Source: a virus | Taxonomy: Duplodnaviria; Caudoviricetes | IMG/VR virus record: IMGVR_UViG_3300049164_000015 | Coordinates: 1 to 26,768 of that record | Direction: 5' to 3' (one strand) | Length of the DNA: 26,768 nucleotides | Shown here: piece by piece, positions 7,666 through 16,169 of the stretch | Position numbering within the stretch: position 1 is the stretch's first letter | How the letters are laid out: each line of letters starts with the position of its first letter | Position numbers and translations under genes: made by a program | The notes under the pieces: model-generated | Seen by the model: the letters and a program-made list of their open reading frames with translations, nothing else | What the model was told of the DNA's origin: nothing | Databases searched by the model: none

Positions 7666-8038
7666 GCCCCCCATTGCCGAAGTGCTGGCGGAGTACTACG
7701 GAATTGAGGTCTCTCAGTCTCAATGGTGGCAGAAGATCTTCTGCCCTATCCATGCAGAGACGAGGCCTAGCGCTTCGGTCAACACGGAGATGAACCGCTG
7801 GTGTTGTCACGCGTGTGACATATCCGAAGATTCCTGGTCAGTCATCATGCGAGAGGAGGAGATCGGTTTCCGTGAAGCGCTCGAATGGGCAGATGCCCGG
7901 TTCGGTGGAAGCAGCGAAGTCCTACCAGAGCCAGTACAGGGGGAGCCCAGCAGAGGCGTACCTGATCGCCCGCGGTTTGGACGAGGGCGCGGACAGGTGG
8001 CTCCCCGGGTACGTCGGTTCGGCCAGAACGGGTCATGA
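7628..8038 (+). CDS. DNA primase, zinc-binding (CHC2) part
   Basis: CPIH.ETRPSASVN...WCCHAC motif. Confidence 0.85.
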   Translation: MARGTWSGSTPPKPPIAEVLAEYYGIEVSQSQWWQKIFCPIHAETRPSASVNTEMNRWCCHACDISEDSWSVIMREEEIGFREALEWADARFGGSSEVLPEPVQGEPSRGVPDRPRFGRGRGQVAPRVRRFGQNGS

Positions 8039-8570
8039 GCGGTACAAGGATCACCTGGTCCTCCCGTACCTGCGGCCTGCTGGTGGACCCCACAAGGTAG
8101 CTACGGTCAGGTTCCGGTGTATCCGAGACGAGTGCGTGAAGGCTCCGGATGGGGAGTACTTCTTCCTCAAGGGGGAGAAGGAGCAGCACCAGGGACACGG
8201 GAAGTACCAGTCCCTCCCCGGTGATCACCCTCGGCTTTACAACACTGAGGCCCTGATCGTCTCCAGTCCCCATGTGGCCATTATCGAGGGCGAGTTCTCC
8301 TCTTGGGCCGCGGACCTGGACGGCATTCCGTCTGTGGCTCTCCAGGGCGTGAGTGCATGGAAGGACCACTTCGATAGGGCCTTTGCTGGCTACGAGAAGG
8401 TTTTCATCCTCGGAGACGGAGATGAGGCCGGCTCGAAGATGACGGAGAAGCTTGCTGAGCGACTCCCCAATGGTGTCCCCATTGAACTCCCTGCGGGGGA
8501 AGACCCTGATTCACTGCGTCGCCAGTTCGGTGACGGATTCATTCGACAACTGCTTGGCCTGGAGGCGTGA
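7815..8570 (+). CDS. DNA primase, TOPRIM part (true start uncertain)
   Basis: YLIARGL, IIEGEFS, ILGDGDEAG, EDPDS motifs; long overlap with the zinc-binding ORF. Confidence 0.85.
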   Translation: MTYPKIPGQSSCERRRSVSVKRSNGQMPGSVEAAKSYQSQYRGSPAEAYLIARGLDEGADRWLPGYVGSARTGHERYKDHLVLPYLRPAGGPHKVATVRFRCIRDECVKAPDGEYFFLKGEKEQHQGHGKYQSLPGDHPRLYNTEALIVSSPHVAIIEGEFSSWAADLDGIPSVALQGVSAWKDHFDRAFAGYEKVFILGDGDEAGSKMTEKLAERLPNGVPIELPAGEDPDSLRRQFGDGFIRQLLGLEA

Positions 8571-8755
8571 TGGATGACATGGGTGGTTGGAGCCTCACTG
8601 AGGCATATGCAAAGCCCGGAACCCTCTGTCTTCAGGCAGAGGAGACGAGGGACCTGGACATCGTCTACAACGAAAAGCCTCTGACTGCTTCTCAGATGCA
8701 TGCTCTCGGAGAGCACCTGATCCGTGCGGCTAACGAGATGGAGGCGAAGGCATGA
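8567..8755 (+). CDS. Hypothetical protein
   Basis: GGAGG RBS, overlaps on both sides. Confidence 0.65.
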   Translation: MMDDMGGWSLTEAYAKPGTLCLQAEETRDLDIVYNEKPLTASQMHALGEHLIRAANEMEAKA

Positions 8756-9225
8756 GCAAGTTCAAGGCTGGTGATCGTGTCGTGGTCGTAAGAAACAACC
8801 ACCCCACTCTGGCCGGATACGTATTGGATCGGGGCGAAGTAGTTCACGTTTCGAATGAGGCAGAGTTTTCGGTCTCGGTTCGCCGTGACGGGCACAAGCA
8901 CCCCAACTGCTTTGACGCCGAAGAGCTGGAGTTCGAGCACATCTACGATGCCCTCTCGGCTGAGCCTCTGGACGAGGCCTCTTTTGTTGAGGTCAGAGTT
9001 GATTCGAGACCTAAGGATGTGGTGAACCATCCGAGTCACTACACCTCGCACCCATCGGGTGTCGAGTGCATTCAGGTCACTGAGCACATGAACTTCAACC
9101 TGGGCAATGCCACCAAGTACGTCTGGCGTGCCGGCCTGAAGTCGGATGACCCCATTCAGGATCTCCAGAAGGCACGCTGGTACATCGAGAGGGAGATTCT
9201 GCGTCTTGGGGGGACCGTTGGCTGA
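8752..9225 (+). CDS. SH3/KOW-like N-terminal domain fused to a DUF3310 domain
   Basis: KFKAGDRV start; DVVNHPSHYT..ECI..FNLGNATKYVWRAGLK..QDLQKARWYI. Confidence 0.85.
   Translation: MSKFKAGDRVVVVRNNHPTLAGYVLDRGEVVHVSNEAEFSVSVRRDGHKHPNCFDAEELEFEHIYDALSAEPLDEASFVEVRVDSRPKDVVNHPSHYTSHPSGVECIQVTEHMNFNLGNATKYVWRAGLKSDDPIQDLQKARWYIEREILRLGGTVG
8998..9011 (+). promoter_or_regulatory. Operator/stoperator repeat copy 6 (intragenic)
   Basis: Exact 14-mer encoding VDSRP at the domain junction. Confidence 0.75.
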
Positions 9226-9889
9226 ATTCGTCCTCGCAGATCTGTACTCGTGTGCTGGCGGAGCCGGTAAGGGTTATGAGGACGAGGGGTTCGAGGTCAT
9301 CGGCTATGACCACGTTCCTCGCCCCAACTACCCAATGAAGTTCGTGCAGGCGGACGCCATTGAGACTCTCAAGCGGATTCTCGCAGGGGAGATCAAGGTT
9401 GATGCCATCCATGCGTCTCCGCCATGCCAGAAGCGTTGCACTCTGACGAAGGGGACGAACAAGCATCTGGAGTCAAGTTACGACGACTTCTATGACGAGA
9501 CGAAGGAGCTGATGGAAGCCACTGGTCTTCCAGGAGTCATTGAGAACCCGTCAGCTCGTAAGGACATGGTCCTCTGCGGGGAGATGTTCGGGCTCGGAGT
9601 GATTCGGCATCGGAACATCGAACTCGTCAACTGGTCTGCTCCTGCACCGAAGCACAAGAAGCACCGCGGGCGTGTGCGGGGCTACCGACATGGTCAGTGG
9701 TTCGACGGCCCCTACATCGCCGCCTACGGAAAGGGCGGAGGCAAGGGAAGCGTCAAGGAGATGCAGGACGCAATGGGGATCCACTGGACGGAAGTCCACG
9801 AGGAACTTACTGAGGCCATTCCGCCGGCCTACACCCGATACATAGGCCGGCATCTTATGGCCCTTATGAAGGGGGTGACTGCTGACTAA
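9218..9889 (+). CDS. DNA cytosine-C5 methyltransferase (short phage type)
   Basis: DLYSCAGG (motif I), ASPPCQ (IV), IENP (VI), EAIPPAY (X); TTG 9218. Confidence 0.85.
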   Translation: MAEFVLADLYSCAGGAGKGYEDEGFEVIGYDHVPRPNYPMKFVQADAIETLKRILAGEIKVDAIHASPPCQKRCTLTKGTNKHLESSYDDFYDETKELMEATGLPGVIENPSARKDMVLCGEMFGLGVIRHRNIELVNWSAPAPKHKKHRGRVRGYRHGQWFDGPYIAAYGKGGGKGSVKEMQDAMGIHWTEVHEELTEAIPPAYTRYIGRHLMALMKGVTAD

Positions 9890-10439
9890 ACCCAAAGCTG
9901 GCCTCAGACCGTGTAGGAACTGCGGGGACCTTCTTGTTAAAGGTCCCCGTCACTCTGTCTGCTACGACTGCCGGGCTCTGCGGATAGAGCTACGAGACAT
10001 CAAGAAGAGACGAAAGACCTTCCCGGACTACCCAAGGCCAGCCCGGCAGGACACCAAAGCCCAGGGGAAGACTAAGAAGTGCTCCAAGTGCAGAGTCACT
10101 TACTCCATTGCTGAGTTCAGCAAGGAGTCGAGTAAGCGAGACGGGTTACACCCAAACTGCAAGAGCTGTCAGCGGATCTCTTACAGGAACTTCAGACTGA
10201 AGAAGGAATACGGGATCACGCTTGATGAGTACGAGGTAATGCTTGCTGAGCAAAACGGGGTGTGCTTCATCTGTGGGAGGTTTGAATCTGACTGGGGGGC
10301 TCTCGCGGTAGACCACTGCCACAAGACGGGAAAGATACGAAAGCTTCTGTGTTTCTCGTGCAACACATCCATTGGGAAGTTCAACGACGACCCCGCGCTT
10401 CTCCGGAAGGCGGCTGAATACCTGGAGGCCCGCCATTAA
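9882..10439 (+). CDS. Second endonuclease VII-family nuclease with Zn-finger N-terminus (probable CTG start)
   Basis: Frame open from 9879 with four CxxC motifs before YGITLDEY..EQNGVCFICG..LAVDHCHKTG..LLCFSCN; no ATG/GTG/TTG until 10239. Confidence 0.75.
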   Translation: MTKPKAGLRPCRNCGDLLVKGPRHSVCYDCRALRIELRDIKKRRKTFPDYPRPARQDTKAQGKTKKCSKCRVTYSIAEFSKESSKRDGLHPNCKSCQRISYRNFRLKKEYGITLDEYEVMLAEQNGVCFICGRFESDWGALAVDHCHKTGKIRKLLCFSCNTSIGKFNDDPALLRKAAEYLEARH

Positions 10440-11175
10440 GCTCCTAGTGATAGACATTGAGACATCCCCCCACATTGCGAACGTATGGGGTCTCTGGAAC
10501 AACAACGTTTCTCTCTCCCAGCTCCTTGAGAGCGGTGAGGTCATTTGCTTCGCCGCCAAGTTCAAGGATGAGAAGGACGTTGTCTTCCGAAGTTCCTTCC
10601 ATGACGGCAAAGAGACGATGGTTCAGGCAGCGCATGAACTTCTGGACGAAGCTGACGCTGTAATCCACTACAACGGACAGCGGTTCGACATTCCTCACCT
10701 CAACCGAGAGTTCATTGAGGCCGGCCTGACCCCGCCCTCTCCCTACGCTCAGATCGACCTCCTGAAGGTCGTCAAGAAGAACTTCCGCTTCCCGAGCAAC
10801 AAACTCGACTACGTCACCAAGAAGCTTGGGCTGGACCACAAGGTCCAGAACGGTGGCCATCAGCTCTGGGTCAAGTGCATGGCTGGGGACTTCCAGGCCT
10901 GGGAGGAGATGAAGAAGTACAACGTCCAGGACGTTGTGATCACTGAGCAGCTCTATGACCGACTGCTTCCGTGGATCAGCTCTCACCCGTCCCATGGTCT
11001 TTACCAGGAGGGCGATGAGGACACCTGCACGAACTGTGGCGGGACGAACCTCAAGAAGCGCGGGATTGCCTATACGCAGGTGTCTGCCTTCCAGCAGTAC
11101 CGCTGTGACGACTGCGGGCGTTGGAGCCGCAGTGGAAAGCGTCTGTCCGGTATCGAGATTCGGGGGGTGAAGTGA
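10435..11175 (+). CDS. DnaQ/RNase H-like 3'-5' exonuclease with C-terminal Zn ribbon (probable ATT start)
   Basis: IDIETS, YNGQRFDIP, YNVQDV DEDDy motifs; CTNCG..CDDCG; GGAGG-N6-ATT. Confidence 0.85.
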   Translation: MKLLVIDIETSPHIANVWGLWNNNVSLSQLLESGEVICFAAKFKDEKDVVFRSSFHDGKETMVQAAHELLDEADAVIHYNGQRFDIPHLNREFIEAGLTPPSPYAQIDLLKVVKKNFRFPSNKLDYVTKKLGLDHKVQNGGHQLWVKCMAGDFQAWEEMKKYNVQDVVITEQLYDRLLPWISSHPSHGLYQEGDEDTCTNCGGTNLKKRGIAYTQVSAFQQYRCDDCGRWSRSGKRLSGIEIRGVK

Positions 11176-11507
11176 TGGCTACTGCACCGAATTTCAAGAC
11201 TCGGGTCTTTACCCGGGGCGAGCTTGAAGAGATGGGTGTCCCTCATGAGTGCGGGGGTGACGAGGGAACCGCGGAAGAGCTTCACTGCGAGATATACGAC
11301 ACCACCCGGTGGAGCAATGTCTACGAGTTTGTCTTTCGGGCCCCGGACGACGGCAAGGCGTACCGAGTCTATTACGACCGACCGGCCACGGAAATGCAGG
11401 AAGGCGGCGTTGATCTCTGGGATTACGAGAACCGCATCAAGGCCGTTGAGGTGGAACAGGTCCAGGTGGTCACCACTGAGTGGAAGCCCGTGAAGGAGGA
11501 GAGCTGA
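11175..11507 (+). CDS. Hypothetical phage protein (ATEMQEG motif)
   Basis: TGATG overlap, RBS. Confidence 0.75.
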   Translation: MATAPNFKTRVFTRGELEEMGVPHECGGDEGTAEELHCEIYDTTRWSNVYEFVFRAPDDGKAYRVYYDRPATEMQEGGVDLWDYENRIKAVEVEQVQVVTTEWKPVKEES

Positions 11508-11719
11508 TGCCTAAGTATTCGGTGCCTCTTACCACTTGGGTCAACACTGCGGTCTATGTCGAAACTGAAGAGACTGATCCGGAAGTCATTGTTGGGTTGG
11601 CGCAAGAGCAGGTCTACGTAAGTCTCTGCCATCAGTGTGCTTCCAAGGTTGACCTCGGGGACGACTGGTCCTCTGTGGAATACGACGGTAAGCCCGAGGT
11701 CTACAAGGAGGACGAGTGA
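11507..11719 (+). CDS. Hypothetical protein (SLCHQCA motif)
   Basis: AGGAGGAG RBS, TGATG overlap. Confidence 0.7.
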   Translation: MPKYSVPLTTWVNTAVYVETEETDPEVIVGLAQEQVYVSLCHQCASKVDLGDDWSSVEYDGKPEVYKEDE

Positions 11720-12270
11720 GCGAGCAGTTCGACTGGGAGCCGATCATTTCGATTGCAGGCAAGGTTGCCTGGGAGATCTCAGAGAAGTGGTCAGTCGTAG
11801 AGGCCGATGACGTGAAGCAGGAGATTATGGTTCATCTCTTGCAAGAGCGTCACATCATCGAGAAGCATAAGGACGACACCGACCTTCTCCGGAAGATCTG
11901 CTGGAACGCTGGCCGGCGATACGCGGCCCGGGAGCGTAGCCACTTCGATCTGATGGATGATCAGTACTTCTACACTCCCGATGAAGTCCGTATCGCTCTC
12001 CGGTCTTTCGTCTACTCGGACGAGGAGATAGGGCAGGTCATCGGCAAGAAGGACGACCTGACTCAGGCCCGGATCTCGGACAACATCATCACCGCGCGTA
12101 TGGATGCCTCGAAGGGTATTCAGAAGCTCTCTGAGGGCTACAAGGCAGTCGTTCAGCGGGTGTTCATCTACGGCCTGCCTCCGAAGGACGACAACGAGCG
12201 TCGGGCCTCTTACCGGGCCGTGGATTCCCTGACGCAGATCATGAACCGCAACATTCGTACTGGCCGATGA
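11716..12270 (+). CDS. Sigma-factor-like / HTH DNA-binding protein (cluster A-like)
   Basis: VEADDVKQEI (sigma region 2-like), YFYTPDEVR, ARMDASKGIQKL..RRASYRAVDSL (region 4-like); located upstream of RNR. Confidence 0.65.
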   Translation: MSEQFDWEPIISIAGKVAWEISEKWSVVEADDVKQEIMVHLLQERHIIEKHKDDTDLLRKICWNAGRRYAARERSHFDLMDDQYFYTPDEVRIALRSFVYSDEEIGQVIGKKDDLTQARISDNIITARMDASKGIQKLSEGYKAVVQRVFIYGLPPKDDNERRASYRAVDSLTQIMNRNIRTGR

Positions 12271-12491
12271 TTGAGACGCGTCTTTCTCATCTGCTGTATG
12301 GGAGTAGCTACTTCGTCACGGTCACCTTTGGGGGTGACCGGAGCGAGGTCGATCTCAACTTCGGAAGTCTTGAGTATCCGGAGTCGGAGAACGGTTTGGG
12401 TCTTGATGACCTCAACACTTTGATTCACATGCTGTCCGTGGCTCGGGATGAACTGGAGAGCCGGCAGCCGATCAACAAGGAGACTGAATGA
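12267..12491 (+). CDS. Hypothetical protein
   Basis: ATGA overlaps on both sides. Confidence 0.65.
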   Translation: MIETRLSHLLYGSSYFVTVTFGGDRSEVDLNFGSLEYPESENGLGLDDLNTLIHMLSVARDELESRQPINKETE

Positions 12492-14554
12492 CGGAGTTCA
12501 AGACCGAGACTGCGAAGCAGGTCTACCTGAGGACGTATAGCCGGACCAAGCCGGACGGCAGTCAGGAGACTTGGCCGGAGACTGTTCGCCGTGTCGTGGA
12601 CGGCAACCTGAAACTCGTTGAGTCGCGGTACATCGAGGAGGGTGAGCGGGAGGCCCTCATTGAGATGATTGAGGACTTCAAGATCCTGCCGGCTGGTCGA
12701 CACCTCAAGTCCAGTGGTGTCGCTGACTTCGCCCTCAACAACTGCTGGGCGGCTGGATGGGATCCGGTGAAGCCTGAGGAACACTTCACGTTCGTGCTTC
12801 TCCGCCTGGCAGAAGGCGGGGGAGTGGGCTCGAACTACTCGGAGAGGTTCCTTGAGGACTATCCGCCCGTACAGGTCCCGGTTCAGGTGCACATCGTCTG
12901 TGACCCCTCGCACCCTGACTACCTGGACATGGTGGAGGCTGGCCTCATCTCGACTGAGTACGCGTACACCTGGGCCGGCGCCTACGCCGTGGCGGACTCT
13001 CGGGAGGGTTGGGCTGAGGCCCTCGGGGACCTGATTCGTACAGCTCATGACCCGAAGACCCGGCACACTCAGCGGGTCTACGACGTGAGCCGTGTCCGAG
13101 CCAAGGGCTCTCCGCTGAAGAGCTTTGGTGGCACTGCTTCGGGCCCCCTGCCCTTCGCGGAGATGCTGCGGGAGGTCGGGAACATTCTCGGAGGGAAGGC
13201 GATTCGGCTTCACCCGGCCACATACACTCCTCGCCTCAACGGCATCGACGCAATGCGGATCGACCACGCCATTGCCCAGTGCATCGTCTCTGGAGGTGTC
13301 CGTCGCTCCGCTCGCATGTCGATCATGCGTTGGGATGACGACCTGATCTTTGACTTCATCCACATCAAGAAGGACGGAGGTCACTGGACCACCAACATCA
13401 GTGTTGAGGTGGACCAGGAGTTCTTCAACGCTCTGTCGGGGCCTGAGGAGGTGGGTAAGGATGGGAATCCTCAGTACGGCCCCAACGCTCATGCTCGGGG
13501 AGTGCTTCGGCGCATCGCTGAGGGCATGCTCCACAACGGAGAGCCTGGTGTGTGGAACTCCGCTCTCACTGCGGTAGGGGAGGTGGACGGCACCTTCACC
13601 ACCAATCCATGCGGGGAAGCGACGTTGACTCCCTGGGAGCCGTGCAACCTGGGCAACGTGAACCTTGCTGCCTTCGCCGGCACGGACGGCAGTGTCGACG
13701 CCAAGGGCTTGGTGAAGGCTCACCGGCTCATCACTCGATACCTGCTGAGGGCCACGTTCGCTGAGGTGGCTGACCCCAAGTCGGCTGCTGCGATTGCCCG
13801 TTACCGTCGCATCGGTGTCGGACACCTCGGCTTCGCTGACTACCTGTTCAAGCAGGGAATCCGGTACACGGACGCTGGCGAGGTCTACCCGGGGAGGGCT
13901 CTGCGTACCTGGGCTCAGGTGGTGGACGATGCGGCAGCGGAGTACGCCAATCAGCTCCGCATCCCGGTGCCGATCAAGAAGAGGGTGATTGCCCCGACTG
14001 GCACCACCTCGAAGCTTGCCGGCGTCTCGGGCGAGGCTACCCATGCTCCGTTCGCGGCGTACTTCATTCGCCGTATCCGGTTCTCTGACGTGGACCCGAA
14101 CGAGGTTGCTCAGGTGGAGGAGTACCGGCGCAAGGGCTACCGAGTGGAGCCAGACCGTCAGGCAGCCAATACGTCTGTGGTGGAGATCCCGACCAAGGAC
14201 AGCCTCCTTGACGAGCTGGAGTTTCCGGAGTATTTCCAGCACGCAGGAGATCTGACGATGCGCGACATGCTCAACGTGCAGAGGCTTTACCAGAAGCACT
14301 GGGCTGATCAGGCCGTGTCTTACACGGTCAACGTGAGTCCGGCTCTGTATGAGCCTGAGAGCCTGGCAGCCTTCCTGAAGGAGTTCCTCCCGGACCTGAA
14401 GGGGACAACCGTCTTCCCTGAGATGTCCATGCCTCAGTCTCCGTACGAGCGGATCTCCTTCGAGGAGTACAAGGCTCGTGCCGAAGAGGTCGGCATCGAG
14501 GTCACGGACACAGGCTTTGATGAAGAGTGCGCCTCTGGCGCCTGTCCCGTGTGA
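12488..14554 (+). CDS. nrdJ: Class II (adenosylcobalamin-dependent) ribonucleotide reductase
   Basis: VYLRTYSR..ETWPETVRRV, PAGRHL, GGVRRSA, TNPCGE, APTGT, C-terminal CASGACP. Confidence 0.95.
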   Translation: MTEFKTETAKQVYLRTYSRTKPDGSQETWPETVRRVVDGNLKLVESRYIEEGEREALIEMIEDFKILPAGRHLKSSGVADFALNNCWAAGWDPVKPEEHFTFVLLRLAEGGGVGSNYSERFLEDYPPVQVPVQVHIVCDPSHPDYLDMVEAGLISTEYAYTWAGAYAVADSREGWAEALGDLIRTAHDPKTRHTQRVYDVSRVRAKGSPLKSFGGTASGPLPFAEMLREVGNILGGKAIRLHPATYTPRLNGIDAMRIDHAIAQCIVSGGVRRSARMSIMRWDDDLIFDFIHIKKDGGHWTTNISVEVDQEFFNALSGPEEVGKDGNPQYGPNAHARGVLRRIAEGMLHNGEPGVWNSALTAVGEVDGTFTTNPCGEATLTPWEPCNLGNVNLAAFAGTDGSVDAKGLVKAHRLITRYLLRATFAEVADPKSAAAIARYRRIGVGHLGFADYLFKQGIRYTDAGEVYPGRALRTWAQVVDDAAAEYANQLRIPVPIKKRVIAPTGTTSKLAGVSGEATHAPFAAYFIRRIRFSDVDPNEVAQVEEYRRKGYRVEPDRQAANTSVVEIPTKDSLLDELEFPEYFQHAGDLTMRDMLNVQRLYQKHWADQAVSYTVNVSPALYEPESLAAFLKEFLPDLKGTTVFPEMSMPQSPYERISFEEYKARAEEVGIEVTDTGFDEECASGACPV

Positions 14555-14574
14555 TCTACAGCACTGCATCGTTG

Positions 14575-14604
14575 GTTGATTCGAGACCCAATATTCGTCA
14601 TACT
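14575..14604 (+). promoter_or_regulatory. Operator repeat copy 7 fused to a promoter
   Basis: Exact 14-mer 14575-14588; TTGATT-N17-CATACT. Confidence 0.8.
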
Positions 14605-14621
14605 GGAAGTAGGAGGTAAGC

Positions 14622-15185
14622 GTGACTGACTTTGACCCGACCGACCCTTGGGGACAGAAGAGCCCTTGGGATGTTGCTCAGCCCGACCCCCAGCCCACCG
14701 CCCAGGAGGCGCCTGTGACCACTCCGCCCGTTGCTGCTTCTGCTCCGAACCCCTACAAGATCGGCTTCACCCTCAAGGCCGCTTCCGGCTATGACGCTGA
14801 GTGGCTTACCCCGACTGTCTACGGTTCGACTGCTGAGGAGACTGCTCAGCGGGGCAAGGATCTGCTCCTGGCGATGAAGAGCGTGGGTCTGATCGAATTC
14901 ACTGCTCAGGCTGCCGAGTTCACCCGAGGTCAGTTCCTTGGTGGTGGCGCCAAGCCGGCTGCGGTTGCTGCGAAGCCCACCTTCCAAAACGGTCAGGTGC
15001 AGTACGGCAATCAGGCTCCGTCTGGTGGTCCGGACCTCGGTGTAACCACCTGCATGCACGGTCCGCGAAAGCACTTCGCGAAGGACACTTGGGAGGCGAT
15101 GTTCTGCCAGGAGCGCGAGAAGAGTGCTCAGTGCCCTCCAGCCTTCAAGAACAAGAAGTCTGGCAAGTATGAGCTGAAGGACTGA
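14622..15185 (+). CDS. Conserved actinophage protein with Pro/Ala-rich linkers and C-terminal CxH..C..C knuckle
   Basis: AGGAGGT RBS; TLKAASGYDAEWL and CMHG..W.AMFC..QC patterns. Confidence 0.75.
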   Translation: MTDFDPTDPWGQKSPWDVAQPDPQPTAQEAPVTTPPVAASAPNPYKIGFTLKAASGYDAEWLTPTVYGSTAEETAQRGKDLLLAMKSVGLIEFTAQAAEFTRGQFLGGGAKPAAVAAKPTFQNGQVQYGNQAPSGGPDLGVTTCMHGPRKHFAKDTWEAMFCQEREKSAQCPPAFKNKKSGKYELKD

Positions 15186-15210
15186 TCCTCCCCCCTTTTT
15201 TCCTCGCTAA

Positions 15211-15253
15211 GTTGATTCGAGACCTCGTGGGGCCCGGTTCCAAGCCGGGCCCC
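15211..15253 (+). promoter_or_regulatory. Operator repeat copy 8 plus GGGGCCCGG hairpin
   Basis: Exact 14-mer 15211-15224; hairpin 15229-15253. Confidence 0.8.
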
Positions 15254-15270
15254 TTCTTGAAGGGAACGCA

Positions 15271-15981
15271 ATGCAGGTTGATGTGCTGGCATACACCAAG
15301 ACTGACGCTGCACCAATGTTGGAGGCGTACGGATACAACATGTACGGGCCGCCCGCGTCGTTCGCCAGTGATGATGCTGACGCTCTTGGGGAGGCCTGCG
15401 GCCGGCTCTGCTACAAGTCGTTCAACCGCCCGAACCCGGACACGGCCACGAATGAGGGCTACCTCAAGAACATCCTGAATCAGGGGCACTTCAGCGTCCT
15501 GGAGCACTCCTCAGTGTCGTTCCTCGTCCGCGGTGTCTCTCGGTCTCTGCTGGCTGAGCTGACTCGACACCGTCACCTCTCGTTCTCCGTGGTCTCTCAG
15601 CGGTACGTGGACTACTCGAAGAGTGAGCCGGTGATTCCTCCCGCTTTGGTCGGCTCCAAGGCAGAGGACGACATCCGCATGGAGTACCGACTTCAGACTG
15701 ACCTCTATGAGGGCCTGGTGCAGTACCTCATGGAGCACAAGAAGTTGCCCCGTAAGCAGGCTCGTGAGGCAGCTCGGGCTGTTCTCCCGAACGCCGCTCC
15801 AGTGGACATGGTGGTTTCCGGAAACCTCCGAGCATGGCGAGATGTTCTCGGGAAGCGTCATCACGTTGCCGCGGATGCCGAGATTCAGAAGTTCGCTGGC
15901 CTGGTCCTGGGCCACCTCCGGGACATCGCCCCCAATTCCTTCCAGGACATCCCTGACGAGCCTTTCGGGAGTGAGAAGTGA
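15271..15981 (+). CDS. thyX: Flavin-dependent thymidylate synthase
   Basis: [22 protein letters not shown] (RHRx7S), [10 protein letters not shown]. Confidence 0.95.
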   Translation: MQVDVLAYTKTDAAPMLEAYGYNMYGPPASFASDDADALGEACGRLCYKSFNRPNPDTATNEGYLKNILNQGHFSVLEHSSVSFLVRGVSRSLLAELTRHRHLSFSVVSQRYVDYSKSEPVIPPALVGSKAEDDIRMEYRLQTDLYEGLVQYLMEHKKLPRKQAREAARAVLPNAAPVDMVVSGNLRAWRDVLGKRHHVAADAEIQKFAGLVLGHLRDIAPNSFQDIPDEPFGSEK

Positions 15982-16169
15982 GTGCACTGAAGGCTGGCGA
16001 CAAGATCCGGATTCTTGAGGATGGGCACTGGTGTGCTGGCGTCTCAAGGGGAGATGTTCTCGAAGTTGATTTGGTCGATGGGCAAAACATCCGTGTAACG
16101 GACTACTGGCTGTTCCATCCCTCTCAGGAGGGCATTGGGTGGGAGCGGTACGAGGAGGCCGGCGAGTGA
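15978..16169 (+). CDS. Small hypothetical (SH3-like) protein
   Basis: GTGA overlaps; LKAGDKIRI start. Confidence 0.7.
   Translation: MSALKAGDKIRILEDGHWCAGVSRGDVLEVDLVDGQNIRVTDYWLFHPSQEGIGWERYEEAGE

Noticed and set aside
9218-9889. Restriction-modification system (MTase plus adjacent nuclease)
   Set aside because: The neighbour is EndoVII-like, not a recognisable restriction enzyme; orphan phage MTases are common
12425-14569. 714-aa antisense ORF opposite nrdJ
   Set aside because: Shadow of a GC3-biased gene with almost the same span; no motifs or RBS
2637-15224. CRISPR system (Cas4-like gene plus repeats)
   Set aside because: Repeats are 14 bp and irregularly dispersed over 12 kb with no spacer periodicity; solo Cas4-like nucleases are common in these phages
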